Below are positions 1 through 8,955 of a stretch of DNA of 34,562 nucleotides, piece after piece. The stretch is taken from contig JAHJDR010000077.1 in NCBI GenBank assembly GCA_018812345.1, forward strand, positions 1 to 34,562, written 5' to 3'. A program made the translations under genes and the position numbers. The first letter of the stretch is position 1, and every line of letters starts with the position of its first letter. This DNA comes from a bacterium. GTDB taxonomy: Bacteria > UBA10199 > JADGCS01. The notes beneath the pieces were generated by a model that ran no database searches, was not told the origin of the DNA, and saw only the letters and a program-made list of their open reading frames with translations.

Positions 1-160
1 AACATTAAAAGAAGGCACTGAAATGGTCATGCCTGGTGAAAACGTAGCTGTAAGCGTAGAGCTGATCACACCGATCGCTATGGAAAAAGAATTACGTTTT
101 GCAATACGTGAAGGTGGCCGCACAGTAGGTGCTGGTGTTGTAACGGAAATTATTGAATAA
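1..160 (+). CDS. tuf: Elongation factor Tu, C-terminal fragment (5' end outside the window)
   Basis: The frame starting at nt 2 reads [52 protein letters not shown] then TAA at 158-160. This is the canonical EF-Tu domain III C-terminus. Confidence 0.95.
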   Translation, partial: TLKEGTEMVMPGENVAVSVELITPIAMEKELRFAIREGGRTVGAGVVTEIIE

Positions 161-172
161 GAATACGACTAA

Positions 173-229
173 GGACTAAAGACTAAAGACTAAAGTCAGT
201 TTATGACTTTGGTCTTTGGACATTAGTCC
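173..229 (+). repeat. Heptamer-built hairpin in the tuf-rpsJ spacer (GACTAAA x3 against TTTGGTC-type units)
   Basis: The left arm 173-198 (GGACTAAAGACTAAAGACTAAAGTCA) pairs with 204-229 around the 5-nt loop GTTTA. That gives 22 of 26 positions paired, including G-U at 191/211 and 184/218. No U tract follows. Confidence 0.85.
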
Positions 230-243
230 TTGGTTCTAATAAT

Positions 244-567
244 ATGGCAACAGATTACAAAGGACAAAAAGTCAGAATTAGATTGAAAGCATTTGATCAT
301 AAATTGCTTGATCAATCGACTTCTGAAATTGTTGAAACAGCGAAAAGAACAGGTGCCAGACTTTCTGGACCAATTCCTTTACCAACAAAAATATCTCGTT
401 ACGCTGTATTGCGATCACCACACGTTGATAAAAAATCAATGGAACACTTTGAATTGCGTGTGCATAAAAGACTTTTGGATATTTTGGAACCAACACAGCA
501 AACAATTGATGCTCTCATGAAGCTTGATTTATCTGCTGGTGTAGATGTTGAAATAAAAATGATCTAG
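244..567 (+). CDS. rpsJ: 30S ribosomal protein S10 (uS10)
   Basis: 107 aa. [18 protein letters not shown]...[25 protein letters not shown] matches the S10 pattern. It is the first gene of the S10 operon order. Confidence 0.96.
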   Translation: MATDYKGQKVRIRLKAFDHKLLDQSTSEIVETAKRTGARLSGPIPLPTKISRYAVLRSPHVDKKSMEHFELRVHKRLLDILEPTQQTIDALMKLDLSAGVDVEIKMI

Positions 568-577
568 TGGGGTTAAT

Positions 578-1279
578 ATGTTTGGAATGATAGGCGAAAA
601 ATTAGGGATGACCCAAGTATATGACAAAGACGGCTTGGCTGTACCGGTAACAGTTGTTATGGTTGAGCCAAATGTTGTTGCTTCTGTTATGACAAGTGAT
701 GCTAATGGTTACAATGCCATTCAGTTAGCGCATCAAGAGCAAAAAGCAACAAGACTGTCAAAAGCGATGCAGGGTCATTATAAGAAAAACAAAGTTAGCA
801 CCTATAAACACTTGAAAGAATTTAGAACAAACCGTTCTTCAGAGTATCAGGTGGGTATGAAAGTTACCGTTTCTTGTCTTGAAAATGGCGATAAAATAGA
901 CATTCAAGGCATGTCAAAAGGTAAAGGCTTTCAAGGTGTCATGAAAAGACATAATTTTCGTGGTGGTTGTGATTCTCATGGTAACTCGGTATCACATAGA
1001 GTTCCTGGTTCAATTGGTATGTGTACATATCCTGGACGTGTTATTAAAGGTAAAAAGATGCCAGGACAAATGGGACATGAAAACACAACTGTGAAAAATC
1101 TTGAAGTTGTTGGCACAGAACTAGATCAAAATCTCGTTCTCATCAAAGGCGCTTTGCCTGGAGCTAACCACTCACGTATTTATATTTATCCTCACTCCAA
1201 TGACTTTGAAAACAAAGTCTTGGCGGCTAATAAGCCTGCAGGGGAAGTAGGGGAAAATAAAGAAGTCGAAAATGCCTAG
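578..1279 (+). CDS. rplC: 50S ribosomal protein L3 (uL3)
   Basis: 233 aa. It has the (MFG)MIGEKLGMTQVYDKDG N-terminus and the FRGGCDSHGNSVSHRVPGSIG core. A GGGG run lies about 9 nt upstream of ATG 578. ATG 587 is an alternative start. Confidence 0.93.
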   Translation: MFGMIGEKLGMTQVYDKDGLAVPVTVVMVEPNVVASVMTSDANGYNAIQLAHQEQKATRLSKAMQGHYKKNKVSTYKHLKEFRTNRSSEYQVGMKVTVSCLENGDKIDIQGMSKGKGFQGVMKRHNFRGGCDSHGNSVSHRVPGSIGMCTYPGRVIKGKKMPGQMGHENTTVKNLEVVGTELDQNLVLIKGALPGANHSRIYIYPHSNDFENKVLAANKPAGEVGENKEVENA

Positions 1280-1297
1280 GCAAAATAGAGGTTTGTT

Positions 1298-1915
1298 ATG
1301 GATTTACAAGTAATTGATATAAATAATAAGAAGATATCACAAATCGATGTTAGTGATGTCATGGCTGAAAAAGTAAATAAAAAAATATTGTACTATGCTG
1401 TTAAAGCAGCGCGCAATAATTTGCACCATGGCACAGCAAAAGTAAAAGATCGTAGTGAAATCAATAAAACGAATAAGAAAACGTATCGTCAAAAAGGTAC
1501 TGGTAATGCTCGTCACGGTGCTCGTCGTGCTAACATCTTTGTTGGTGGCGCTTCAACGCATGGTCCTAGACCTCGTTCGTTTTCAGAACAAGTTAACAAA
1601 CAGTTTAAAAAACGTAGTTATCAAGAAGTATTCAAGTATCTTATTCAAGAAAACAAATTAAAAGTATTGAATGAGATTAACTTTGCAAAGGCTTCTACAA
1701 AAGAAGCTGCAGCTATTCTTGCAAAATTAGAGCTCATCAAAGCCCTTGTCGTTTTACCAGCAGAAAATGAGACGGCTAAAAAATCTTTTAGAAATCTCAA
1801 AGATGTTGGCGTTGTTAACGAAATAAATATAAATCTATATGACATGCTTCGTTATGATGCGGTTGTCATGACGGAAGAGTATTTCAAGCAAGTTAAAGAG
1901 AGATACGCATTATGA
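1298..1915 (+). CDS. rplD: 50S ribosomal protein L4 (uL4)
   Basis: 205 aa with the KGTGNARHGARRANIFVGGASTHGPRPRSF core. AGAGG lies upstream. Synteny supports the call. Confidence 0.94.
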   Translation: MDLQVIDINNKKISQIDVSDVMAEKVNKKILYYAVKAARNNLHHGTAKVKDRSEINKTNKKTYRQKGTGNARHGARRANIFVGGASTHGPRPRSFSEQVNKQFKKRSYQEVFKYLIQENKLKVLNEINFAKASTKEAAAILAKLELIKALVVLPAENETAKKSFRNLKDVGVVNEININLYDMLRYDAVVMTEEYFKQVKERYAL

Positions 1916-2196
1916 ACTTATACGATGTAATAAAAAGACCGATTGTAACGGAAAAAAGTAGCCTCTTAAAAGAGGTGAATAACACTTATGTGTTTGAAGT
2001 TGATAAAAAAGCAAACAAAGAACTCATTCGTACCTGTGTTGAGAAGGCTTTTAATGTTAAAGTTAAAGATGTGAAGACCTTGATTCAGCGTGGACATGTG
2101 AAGCGTTTTGGCAAAGGTCACGGTCGTGCGAAGAGCTGGAAGAAAGCTATTATTACCTTAAGAGAAGGTAAAATTGAGATCTTTGAAGGAGTATAA
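1912..2196 (+). CDS. rplW: 50S ribosomal protein L23 (uL23)
   Basis: 94 aa with an LYDVIKRPIVTEKS N-terminus. It has a 4-nt ATGA overlap with rplD. Confidence 0.94.
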   Translation: MNLYDVIKRPIVTEKSSLLKEVNNTYVFEVDKKANKELIRTCVEKAFNVKVKDVKTLIQRGHVKRFGKGHGRAKSWKKAIITLREGKIEIFEGV

Positions 2197-2198
2197 TT

Positions 2199-2262
2199 GA
2201 TCGCAGATAACAGATCGCTGATCGCACAGCAAAAGCGATGAGCTGATCAACGAGAGCGAAAC
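2199..2262 (+). repeat. Heptamer repeat / imperfect hairpin in the rplW-rplB spacer (WGATCGC units against GCGATGA / GCTGATC)
   Basis: The sequence runs TGATCGC AGATAAC AGATCGC TGATCGC, a loop, then GCGATGA GCTGATC. The inner stem 2220-2226 / 2236-2242 pairs 6 of 7 positions. The spacer is 85 nt. Confidence 0.7.
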
Positions 2263-2281
2263 AAGAGGATGGAGTAAAAAA

Positions 2282-3106
2282 ATGAGACGTTTTAGACCAA
2301 CAAGTCCTGGTGTTAGATTTAGAACAGTACCTGATTTTAATGAAATTACACGGGGACAACCAGAAAAAAGTTTAACAGAAACGCTTGTACGGCATGCTGG
2401 TCGTAATGCACACGGACACATCACAAGCCGTTATCGTGGTGGTGGACATAAAAGAAGATATCGCATTATTGATTTTAAGCGTAACAAAGTTGATGTGCCA
2501 GCAACAGTTACTCATATTGAGTATGACCCCAATCGCTCAGCTAATATTGCTTTATTAGTTTATGCGGATGGTGAAAAATGTTACATGATTGCACCAGAAG
2601 GACTCAAGATAGGACAAAAAATTGTTTCTTCTAATAAAGTTGTTGAAATTGAAGTTGGAAACACTTTGCCACTAAAAGAAATTCCCATTGGTGCAGCTGT
2701 TTACAATGTTGAGCTTAAGCCAGGTGCTGGTGGTAAGATTGCACGTAGTGCGGGAACATCAGTTCAGCTTATGGCTAAAGAAGGTAGCTATGCTCAAATT
2801 AGACTGCCTTCGGGAGAAATGAGAAAAATATTGCTTACTTGTCGTGCGACAATTGGTAATGTTGGTAATCGTGATCACGAAAACTTAACTGTTGGTAAAG
2901 CTGGCCGTAATCGTTGGGCTGGAAAACGTGGACATGTTCGTGGTACTGTGATGAACCCTGTTGACCATCCACATGGTGGTGGTCATGGTAAAGATCATGG
3001 TGGTCGCCATCCTGTAACGCCATGGGGTAAGTCAACAAAAGGTTTGCGTACGAGAAATAACAAGAGAACAGATAAATTTATTGTTAAGTCTCGTAGAGCA
3101 AAATAA
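2282..3106 (+). CDS. rplB: 50S ribosomal protein L2 (uL2)
   Basis: 274 aa with [16 protein letters not shown] and [14 protein letters not shown] motifs. GGATGGAG lies upstream. Confidence 0.96.
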   Translation: MRRFRPTSPGVRFRTVPDFNEITRGQPEKSLTETLVRHAGRNAHGHITSRYRGGGHKRRYRIIDFKRNKVDVPATVTHIEYDPNRSANIALLVYADGEKCYMIAPEGLKIGQKIVSSNKVVEIEVGNTLPLKEIPIGAAVYNVELKPGAGGKIARSAGTSVQLMAKEGSYAQIRLPSGEMRKILLTCRATIGNVGNRDHENLTVGKAGRNRWAGKRGHVRGTVMNPVDHPHGGGHGKDHGGRHPVTPWGKSTKGLRTRNNKRTDKFIVKSRRAK

Positions 3107-3130
3107 TATTTTTTATGAAAGAGTGAAGTT

Positions 3131-3397
3131 ATGGCAAGATCAATTAAAAAAGGACCTTTCATTGATGAGAGTTTAGAAAAGAAGGTCGCAGAAGCACAAG
3201 GTTCAGGTGGTCGTAAGGTGATTAAGACATGGTCGCGACGTTCAACTATTTCACCTGATTTTATTGGTTTAACTTTTGCTGTTCACAATGGAAAAAAGTT
3301 TATTCCTGTTTATGTCTCTGAGAATATGGTGGGTCACAAACTAGGCGAGTTTTCTAATACCCGCCAATATGGTCAGCATCCTGGAGGCAGAAAATAA
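3131..3397 (+). CDS. rpsS: 30S ribosomal protein S19 (uS19)
   Basis: 88 aa with [12 protein letters not shown] and [11 protein letters not shown]. Confidence 0.96.
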   Translation: MARSIKKGPFIDESLEKKVAEAQGSGGRKVIKTWSRRSTISPDFIGLTFAVHNGKKFIPVYVSENMVGHKLGEFSNTRQYGQHPGGRK

Positions 3398-3423
3398 AGA
3401 TTATTGAGAGTTAAGGAGTTAAC

Positions 3424-3762
3424 GTGGAATTTAAAGCAAAAACACATTACATGAAAGTATCACCCCGCAAGATCGGCCTTGTAGCTGATATGGTGCGAGG
3501 CAAGGACGTGCAACGGGCAATTGATACTTTAAAGTTTAGTGACAAAAAATGGTCAAATAATTTTATTAAATTGATCAACTCAGCTGTTAATAATGCATCG
3601 GGACAACGTGGTATTAATGTTGATGCCTTGTATGTTAAGACAGTGGAGGTTGGTAAATCAGTGACCTTGAAACGTTTCATGACCCGAGCTCGTGGTAGTG
3701 CTTCTCAAATTTTAAAGAGATGCTCTTGCGTGACGGTTGTTTTGGAAGAACGTACTAAATAA
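3424..3762 (+). CDS. rplV: 50S ribosomal protein L22 (uL22)
   Basis: 112 aa. A GTG start lies about 6 nt after [22 protein letters not shown] is the typical N-terminal motif. Confidence 0.92.
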   Translation: MEFKAKTHYMKVSPRKIGLVADMVRGKDVQRAIDTLKFSDKKWSNNFIKLINSAVNNASGQRGINVDALYVKTVEVGKSVTLKRFMTRARGSASQILKRCSCVTVVLEERTK

Positions 3763-3772
3763 GGAGTTTTTA

Positions 3773-4402
3773 ATGGGACAGAAGACACATCCAATAGGAT
3801 TTAGAGTTGGCATTTCAAAACCTTGGTTATCAAAATGGTTTGCGGGTAAGGATTATGCAACCTGGTTACATGAAGATATAAAGTTTAGACAAATTATTAA
3901 GAAGCAACTCTACACTATGGGTGTTTCTCATATTGATATTGAAAGAGCGGCTACAAAGTTAAAAATAACTATTCACACCTCGCGACCCGGTCTTGTGATT
4001 GGTAAAAAAGGTAGCGGTATTGATCAATTGAGAAGTGAGCTTCAAAAGAAAACAAAGAATGAAGTTTTTCTTAACATTCAAGAAGTGCGTAAAGCAGAAT
4101 TAGATGCACAGCTTGTTGCTGAGAACATTGCTTTACAACTTCAAAGACGTGTTGCTTTTAGACGCGCTATGAAAAAAGCTGTTCAAACATCCATGAAATT
4201 TGGTGCTAAAGGCATTAAAGTTATGAGTAGTGGACGTTTGGCTGGAGCTGAAATTGCCAGAACAGAATGGTATCGTGAAGGTCAAGTGCCTCTGCATACT
4301 TTAAGAGCCAATATTGATTATGGTTTTGCTGAAGCATTAACAACATATGGAATTATTGGTGTTCGTGTATGGCTCTATAAAGGTGACGTCGTAATTAATT
4401 AG
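3773..4402 (+). CDS. rpsC: 30S ribosomal protein S3 (uS3)
   Basis: 209 aa from ATG 3773 ([13 protein letters not shown]...). AAGGAG at 3761-3766 lies 6 nt upstream. The track's longer TTG 3737 start would overlap rplV and adds a non-conserved leader. Confidence 0.94.
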   Translation: MGQKTHPIGFRVGISKPWLSKWFAGKDYATWLHEDIKFRQIIKKQLYTMGVSHIDIERAATKLKITIHTSRPGLVIGKKGSGIDQLRSELQKKTKNEVFLNIQEVRKAELDAQLVAENIALQLQRRVAFRRAMKKAVQTSMKFGAKGIKVMSSGRLAGAEIARTEWYREGQVPLHTLRANIDYGFAEALTTYGIIGVRVWLYKGDVVIN

Positions 4403-4412
4403 TATTGAATTT

Positions 4413-4440
4413 GCTGACAGTTAGTAGCTGACAGCTAAAA
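4413..4440 (+). repeat. Short heptamer array in the rpsC-rplP spacer (GCTGACA GTTAGTA GCTGACA GCTAAAA)
   Basis: Four 7-nt units lie in register. TAGCTG-A-CAGCTA is a small palindrome at 4425-4437. Confidence 0.6.
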
Positions 4441-4455
4441 TTAAAAGGTGATTTT

Positions 4456-4881
4456 ATGTTGATGCCAAAAAAGACAAAGTTCAGAAAGATGCAAAAAGGC
4501 CGCATTAAAGGCAAAGCGTGCCGTGGTGTCAATCTGGCGTTTGGTAATGCTGGCTTACAAGTAGTCGAAAGTGGTTTTATTACTGCGAGACAAATTGAAG
4601 CTGCCCGTATTGCTTTGTCACGTTCAATAAAACGTGGTGGTAAAGTGTGGATTAGATTTTTCCCTGACAAACCCATGTCTAAAAAGCCTGCTGAAACCCG
4701 AATGGGTAGTGGTAAAGGCTCACCAGAATATTGGGTAGCTCCTGTAAGAGCTGGGAAGATTCTTTATGAAATGGAAGGCGTAGATTTTCCGGTGGCTGTG
4801 AAAGCTCTCATTGCAGCAGGACATAAACTGCCACTGAAAACGAAAGTCATATTAAGGGAAGAGACATATCGTGAAGTATAG
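4456..4881 (+). CDS. rplP: 50S ribosomal protein L16 (uL16)
   Basis: 141 aa with an [17 protein letters not shown]-terminus. AAAGGTG lies upstream. Confidence 0.95.
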   Translation: MLMPKKTKFRKMQKGRIKGKACRGVNLAFGNAGLQVVESGFITARQIEAARIALSRSIKRGGKVWIRFFPDKPMSKKPAETRMGSGKGSPEYWVAPVRAGKILYEMEGVDFPVAVKALIAAGHKLPLKTKVILREETYREV

Positions 4882-5068
4882 TGAACTAAATAAAAAAACC
4901 ATAGAGGAACTTGATCAACAAATACGTGAGTTGCGTGAAGACTTGTTCATGTTACATATTAAAAACAAAACAAACCAATTAGAAGATAAAAGTCAGATTG
5001 GTAGAACAAGGAAAGATATCGCTCGTATTCTTACAAAAAGAAATGAGCTGCAACAAAAGAACGCTTAA
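4871..5068 (+). CDS. rpmC: 50S ribosomal protein L29 (uL29)
   Basis: 65 aa. A GTG start overlaps the rplP 3' end by 11 nt. The sequence is [30 protein letters not shown]. There is no in-frame ATG until residue 27. Confidence 0.88.
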   Translation: MKYSELNKKTIEELDQQIRELREDLFMLHIKNKTNQLEDKSQIGRTRKDIARILTKRNELQQKNA

Positions 5069-5119
5069 GTGTTTGATTAAGTTAGGTAAGTCAAAGATTT
5101 AAGAATAACGGTAAATGTT

Positions 5120-5374
5120 ATGAATAAAAACAAAAAGGTATTTGAAGGCGTTGTGATTGGCAATAAGATGGATAAGACAGTAGTGGTTCAAATCAGCCAT
5201 CTTGTTAAACATCCTGTTGTGAAAAAATACATAACAGTTAAAAAGAAATATAAAGCTCATGATGAAAAGAATGAGTGTATGATTGGTGACAAAGTGCTTA
5301 TTCGAGAGACACGACCTATTAGCAAAGAAAAAAGCTGGGTAGTGAGCAAAGTATTGGAGAGCCAAGCATCTTAA
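5120..5374 (+). CDS. rpsQ: 30S ribosomal protein S17 (uS17)
   Basis: 84 aa with [18 protein letters not shown]...[30 protein letters not shown]. Confidence 0.95.
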   Translation: MNKNKKVFEGVVIGNKMDKTVVVQISHLVKHPVVKKYITVKKKYKAHDEKNECMIGDKVLIRETRPISKEKSWVVSKVLESQAS

Positions 5375-5433
5375 TTTAATAACTATCAGAGTTGTGTTGT
5401 TTTCACTGACTCTGTTACTAAAGGTGTCATGTT

Positions 5434-5802
5434 ATGATTCAAACAAATACAGTATTAAATTCGGCAGATAACTCAGGAGCCAAAAAACTTTATTGTATTA
5501 AAGTTCTTGGTGGATCTGGGCGTAGATATGCAACAGTTGGCGACATTATTGTTGTTTCTATTAAGGAAGCTATCCCGAATTCAAAAGTAAAAAAAGGTGA
5601 TTTGAAAAAAGGTGTTGTTGTTCGCATGAGAAAAGAAGTGAGACGAAAAGATGGAACATATATTCGTTTTGATGAAAACTCATGCGTACTGATTGACCCA
5701 AATGGAGAACCTATTGGGACTCGTATTTTCGGCCCTGTGGCGAGAGAATTACGTGCCAAGAAGTTTATGAAGATTATTTCGTTAGCTCCCGAGGTTTTAT
5801 AA
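5434..5802 (+). CDS. rplN: 50S ribosomal protein L14 (uL14)
   Basis: 122 aa. It runs [18 protein letters not shown]... to ...[10 protein letters not shown], a normal full-length L14. Confidence 0.97.
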   Translation: MIQTNTVLNSADNSGAKKLYCIKVLGGSGRRYATVGDIIVVSIKEAIPNSKVKKGDLKKGVVVRMRKEVRRKDGTYIRFDENSCVLIDPNGEPIGTRIFGPVARELRAKKFMKIISLAPEVL

Positions 5803-5839
5803 TCCTTGCGTTTTAACGGTTGATCAACCTTGTTTATGA

Positions 5840-6388
5840 ATGAGTAAAGTTATGTATTTACAAGAAAAATATAAAAAAGAAATCGCACCTCAACTTAAAG
5901 AAAAGTTAGGTATTAAAAACAACATGCTGATTCCCAGCTTAAAAAAGATCGTTGTTAATGCTTCTACAAGTGAAGCTTTGCAAAACAGCAAAATATTGGA
6001 CACGGTCGCCTCTGAAATAGCTCAAATCACAGGACAGCGTCCTGTGATCACAAAAGCTAAGAAGTCCATTGCGAACTTCAAACTTAGAGAAGGGATGCCT
6101 ATCGGTGTGTGTGTGACAATGCGTGGTGAAAGAATGTATGAATTCTTTAACCGTTTGGTGAATATTGCTTTACCACGAGTACGCGATTTTAAAGGTATGC
6201 CTAGAAAAGGTTTTGATGGTAATGGTAATTATTCTTTAGGCTTAAATGAACAAACAATTTTTCCAGAAATTGTTCCTGAAAAAGTAGATAAATCACGAGG
6301 TATGAATATTACCATCGTCACATCATCTGATGATGATACTATGGCTCGTGAACTTTTAACAGCAATGGGTTTTCCCTTTAGGAGTTAA
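5840..6388 (+). CDS. rplE: 50S ribosomal protein L5 (uL5)
   Basis: 182 aa with [34 protein letters not shown] and [18 protein letters not shown] 5852 is an alternative start. It follows rplN directly, with no rplX between them. Confidence 0.95.
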   Translation: MSKVMYLQEKYKKEIAPQLKEKLGIKNNMLIPSLKKIVVNASTSEALQNSKILDTVASEIAQITGQRPVITKAKKSIANFKLREGMPIGVCVTMRGERMYEFFNRLVNIALPRVRDFKGMPRKGFDGNGNYSLGLNEQTIFPEIVPEKVDKSRGMNITIVTSSDDDTMARELLTAMGFPFRS

Positions 6389-6389
6389 T

Positions 6390-6575
6390 ATGGCGAAAAA
6401 ATCATGCATTGCTAAAGCAAAGCGTAAACCAAAATTTTCAGCTCGTAAAGTCTATCGTTGTCCCTTATGTGGGCGAGATCAGGCTTACATGCGCAAATTT
6501 GAAATGTGCCGCCTCTGTTTTAGAAAGAGAGCACTTAATGGTGAATTACCTGGCGTTACTAAAGCTAGCTGGTAA
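6390..6575 (+). CDS. rpsN: 30S ribosomal protein S14, short zinc-binding (type Z) form
   Basis: 61 aa with CPLC...CRLC (two CxxC pairs) and a C-terminal ...GVTKASW. Confidence 0.94.
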   Translation: MAKKSCIAKAKRKPKFSARKVYRCPLCGRDQAYMRKFEMCRLCFRKRALNGELPGVTKASW

Positions 6576-6588
6576 GAAAGGTATTATG

Positions 6589-6680
6589 TAAAGCGTTTAG
6601 TGCTTTTTGTTGCGACTTACGCACAGCGCACAACCCCGCAAAAACGGGGCAAGCGCACCACGCTGAACGAAATTAAGGAA
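6589..6680 (+). repeat. Intergenic element in the rpsN-rpsH spacer carrying a CCCCG-CAAAAA-CGGGG hairpin, flanked by near-duplicate RBS/start sequences
   Basis: The hairpin is CCCCG 6634-6638 against CGGGG 6645-6649, flanked by GCGCA direct repeats. GGTATTATG at 6580-6588 and GGTATATTATG at 6681-6691 bracket the element. Confidence 0.7.
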
Positions 6681-6688
6681 GGTATATT

Positions 6689-7090
6689 ATGGCAACAACA
6701 GATCCAATTGCAGATCTATTGACAAGAATTCGAAATGGTATGCATGCCAGGAAAGATACGTGTGAGATCCCGGCATCAAAAACAAAAGAACAGATTGTTA
6801 AGATCTTAAAAGAAACAGGCTATATTAATGGTTATGTGAGACAAGAAGAAAAGCCACAAGATCGCCTTATAGTACAATTAAAGTACACAGGTAAATTAAG
6901 AAAGCCAGCTATTAACAAAATTAAACGTGTTAGCAAACCTGGCTGTCGTGTTTATCGTGGTTATGATGAAATTAAACCATTACTCGATGGTTATGGTTTT
7001 GCCATCATATCAACATCCAAAGGGTTGATGAAAGATGTTGATGCCATGAAGCAAAAAATTGGTGGCGAAGTGTTATGTGAGGTTTGGTAA
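6689..7090 (+). CDS. rpsH: 30S ribosomal protein S8 (uS8)
   Basis: 133 aa with TDPIADLLTRIRNG. AAGGAAGG lies upstream. Confidence 0.96.
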   Translation: MATTDPIADLLTRIRNGMHARKDTCEIPASKTKEQIVKILKETGYINGYVRQEEKPQDRLIVQLKYTGKLRKPAINKIKRVSKPGCRVYRGYDEIKPLLDGYGFAIISTSKGLMKDVDAMKQKIGGEVLCEVW

Positions 7091-7103
7091 ATATAAAATT
7101 GTT

Positions 7104-7160
7104 TGGATCGGATTTCGATATTCGGAGCTGTTTCGGATTTCGGTATTCGAGTTTCGGATT
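7104..7160 (+). repeat. ATTTCGG-heptamer hairpin element in the rpsH-rplF spacer
   Basis: TTCGGA-type units repeat at 7-nt period. In the fold 7106-7127 / 7133-7154 with loop GCTGT, about 20 of 24 positions pair, 6 of them G-U. It ends 8 nt before the rplF RBS. Confidence 0.85.
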
Positions 7161-7173
7161 TAAGGAAGTAGTT

Positions 7174-7716
7174 ATGTCACGAACTGGAAAACAACCAATA
7201 ACAATCCCTGATAAAGTAAAAGTGAATCTTCAAGATATGCAATTTGTTGCGGAAGGGCCACTTGGAAAAGAAACTATTGTTATTAATTCCTTAGCACAAG
7301 TTACTGTTGAAGATAATCAAGTTATTGTTAAAAGAGTTAATGATTCTAAACACGCGCGACAAGTTCATGGCATGACACGTGCCATGCTCAGCAACGCCAT
7401 TGTAGGTGTTTCTGAAGGCTTTAAACGCAAATTAGAGATTAATGGCGTAGGTTATCGTGCTGATGTAAAAGGAAAAAATTTGGTAATGAGCTTAGGATAC
7501 TCTCATCCTATTGAAGTAGCTATCCCTGAAGGACTTACAGTAGAGGTTCCTGAAGCAGGAAAAATAGCTGTTACAGGCTCAAACAAAGAGATGGTTGGTC
7601 AATTTGCATCACAAATACGTGAATGGAGACAACCTGAGCCTTATAAAGGTAAAGGAATTAAGTATGCAGAAGAAACCATCATAAGAAAAGTTGGTAAAGC
7701 TGCTGGAGGCAAATAA
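7174..7716 (+). CDS. rplF: 50S ribosomal protein L6 (uL6)
   Basis: 180 aa from ATG 7174 ([15 protein letters not shown]...). AAGGAAG lies at 7162-7168. The track's 7084 start would translate the heptamer-repeat spacer. Confidence 0.94.
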   Translation: MSRTGKQPITIPDKVKVNLQDMQFVAEGPLGKETIVINSLAQVTVEDNQVIVKRVNDSKHARQVHGMTRAMLSNAIVGVSEGFKRKLEINGVGYRADVKGKNLVMSLGYSHPIEVAIPEGLTVEVPEAGKIAVTGSNKEMVGQFASQIREWRQPEPYKGKGIKYAEETIIRKVGKAAGGK

Positions 7717-7717
7717 A

Positions 7718-8062
7718 ATGTCATACAAAAAATTATCACCAAGACAGAAAAGAAAAATACGCATTAGAAAGAAGATTACAGGAACAACAGAAAGACCACG
7801 TCTTTCCGTATTTAGAAGTAATCGTTATCTCTATGCTCAAATTATTGACGATGTGAAACAGGCCACTTTAGTATCTGCCAACACACTGAGTGATGAAAAA
7901 GGTGCTAACAAAGAAGCGGCTGCCAAATTAGGCAAGGAACTTGCTGAAAAGGCTACACAACAAAATATTAAGCTAGTGAGCTTTGATCGCAGTGGTTATC
8001 AATATCACGGTGTGATTAAGGAACTTGCTGGTGCTGCTCGTAAAGCAGGTTTAGAGTTTTAA
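7718..8062 (+). CDS. rplR: 50S ribosomal protein L18 (uL18)
   Basis: 114 aa from ATG 7718 with [20 protein letters not shown]. It starts 2 nt after the rplF stop. Confidence 0.93.
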   Translation: MSYKKLSPRQKRKIRIRKKITGTTERPRLSVFRSNRYLYAQIIDDVKQATLVSANTLSDEKGANKEAAAKLGKELAEKATQQNIKLVSFDRSGYQYHGVIKELAGAARKAGLEF

Positions 8063-8075
8063 ATTAGGAGGCATT

Positions 8076-8741
8076 GTGACTCAAGAAGAGACAAAAAAAG
8101 CAACCACAGGTGAAACGCCTGTTACAGAAGAAAAAACTGAAGCCGTTCAATCTACAGAGGTTGTTTCTGAAGAGAAGGAAGTGGCTGTGAAGGTTGCAAA
8201 AGAAAATTCTACGAAAACAGCTTCTACGAAAGCAGCCAAATATACAAAAAAAGCTGCTCCCGCAGAATTTGTTTCAGACGAAGATGAAATACGAACAATT
8301 GATAGGGTCGTCCATATTAGTCGTGTAGCTAAGGTTGTAAAAGGTGGACGTCGATTTAGTTTTTCTGCTCTTGTTGTTAGTGGTAATGGCCAAGGCGAAG
8401 TTGGTTTTGGACTTGGTAAAGCTAATGAAGTGCCCGATGCCATTCGCAAAGGTTCTGAAAAAGCAAGAAGAAGCATGACGACATTTCCTGTTAATGAAAG
8501 AACCATTCCACATGATGTGATTGGTCGTTATGGCGCAGGTCGTGTTGTTATGAAAAAAGCAAGCCCTGGTACAGGTGTTATTGCTGGTGGTGCTGTTCGT
8601 GCTGTGTTTGAATCATTAGGTGTTCAAGATATTTTGACAAAATGCATTGGCACAAGCAACCCACACAATGTCGTTCGCGCGGCTTTTAATGGTCTTCAGC
8701 AGTTGAAAGACACTGAAGGAAGAAAGAATCAAAACGTATAG
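8076..8741 (+). CDS. rpsE: 30S ribosomal protein S5 (uS5) with an N-terminal extension of about 65 aa
   Basis: 221 aa. A GTG start lies 5-6 nt after AGGAGG. The conserved core begins near [22 protein letters not shown] at residue ~75. Before it is an E/K/T/A-rich low-complexity lead. Confidence 0.9.
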   Translation: MTQEETKKATTGETPVTEEKTEAVQSTEVVSEEKEVAVKVAKENSTKTASTKAAKYTKKAAPAEFVSDEDEIRTIDRVVHISRVAKVVKGGRRFSFSALVVSGNGQGEVGFGLGKANEVPDAIRKGSEKARRSMTTFPVNERTIPHDVIGRYGAGRVVMKKASPGTGVIAGGAVRAVFESLGVQDILTKCIGTSNPHNVVRAAFNGLQQLKDTEGRKNQNV

Positions 8742-8753
8742 TAGAGATGCTTT

Positions 8754-8933
8754 ATGGAAAAGAAGATAAAAATAAAATACATTCATAGTCCCATTGGTCG
8801 TAAAAAAGATCAAAAAGATACAATAAGATGTTTTGGTTTTACCCGATTAAACCAAGTGAAAGAATTTCCTGATACCCCTTGTATTCGTGGTATGGTGAAG
8901 AAAATTCCTCACTTAGTTCAGGTAGTACAATAA
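8754..8933 (+). CDS. rpmD: 50S ribosomal protein L30 (uL30)
   Basis: Hand-translated because it is below the track's size cutoff. The 59 aa read [59 protein letters not shown]. It sits in the expected position between rpsE and rplO. Confidence 0.88.
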   Translation: MEKKIKIKYIHSPIGRKKDQKDTIRCFGFTRLNQVKEFPDTPCIRGMVKKIPHLVQVVQ

Positions 8934-8955
8934 TTTTGAATGGAAAAGGTGTTTT

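Noticed and set aside
173-229. Heptamer hairpins as Rho-independent terminators or attenuators
   Set aside because: None of the intra-operon hairpins is followed by a U tract, and they sit between co-oriented essential genes. Only 16004-16036 has true terminator geometry.
278-520. Two 75-aa ORFs (278-505 on the minus strand, 293-520 on the plus strand) overlapping rpsJ
   Set aside because: They are alternative-frame or antisense shadows of a highly conserved S10 gene in AT-rich DNA. Their composition is low-complexity, and they have no RBS or recognisable motif.
3737-3772. Longer TTG start for rpsC
   Set aside because: It overlaps the rplV 3' end. The conserved S3 N-terminus MGQKTHP starts at 3773, with AAGGAG 6 nt upstream.
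5803-5839. A hidden or degraded rplX in the rplN-rplE gap
   Set aside because: Only 37 nt are available, with no remnant of a KOW motif in any frame. This is therefore reported as an absence rather than a pseudogene.
6409-6591. 60-aa plus-strand ORF overlapping rpsN in another frame
   Set aside because: It lies entirely within or just past the conserved zinc-ribbon S14 gene and has no independent support. Only its terminal ATG-TAA context (6586-6591) is of interest, and that is reported separately.
7084-7173. N-terminal extension of rplF (track ORF starts at 7084), and likewise 12542-12607 for rpsM
   Set aside because: The extra residues (for example FGSDFDIRSCFGFRYSSFGF and [17 protein letters not shown]) are simply the translated ATTTCGG heptamer repeats. 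Canonical N-termini with good RBSs begin at 7174 and 12608.
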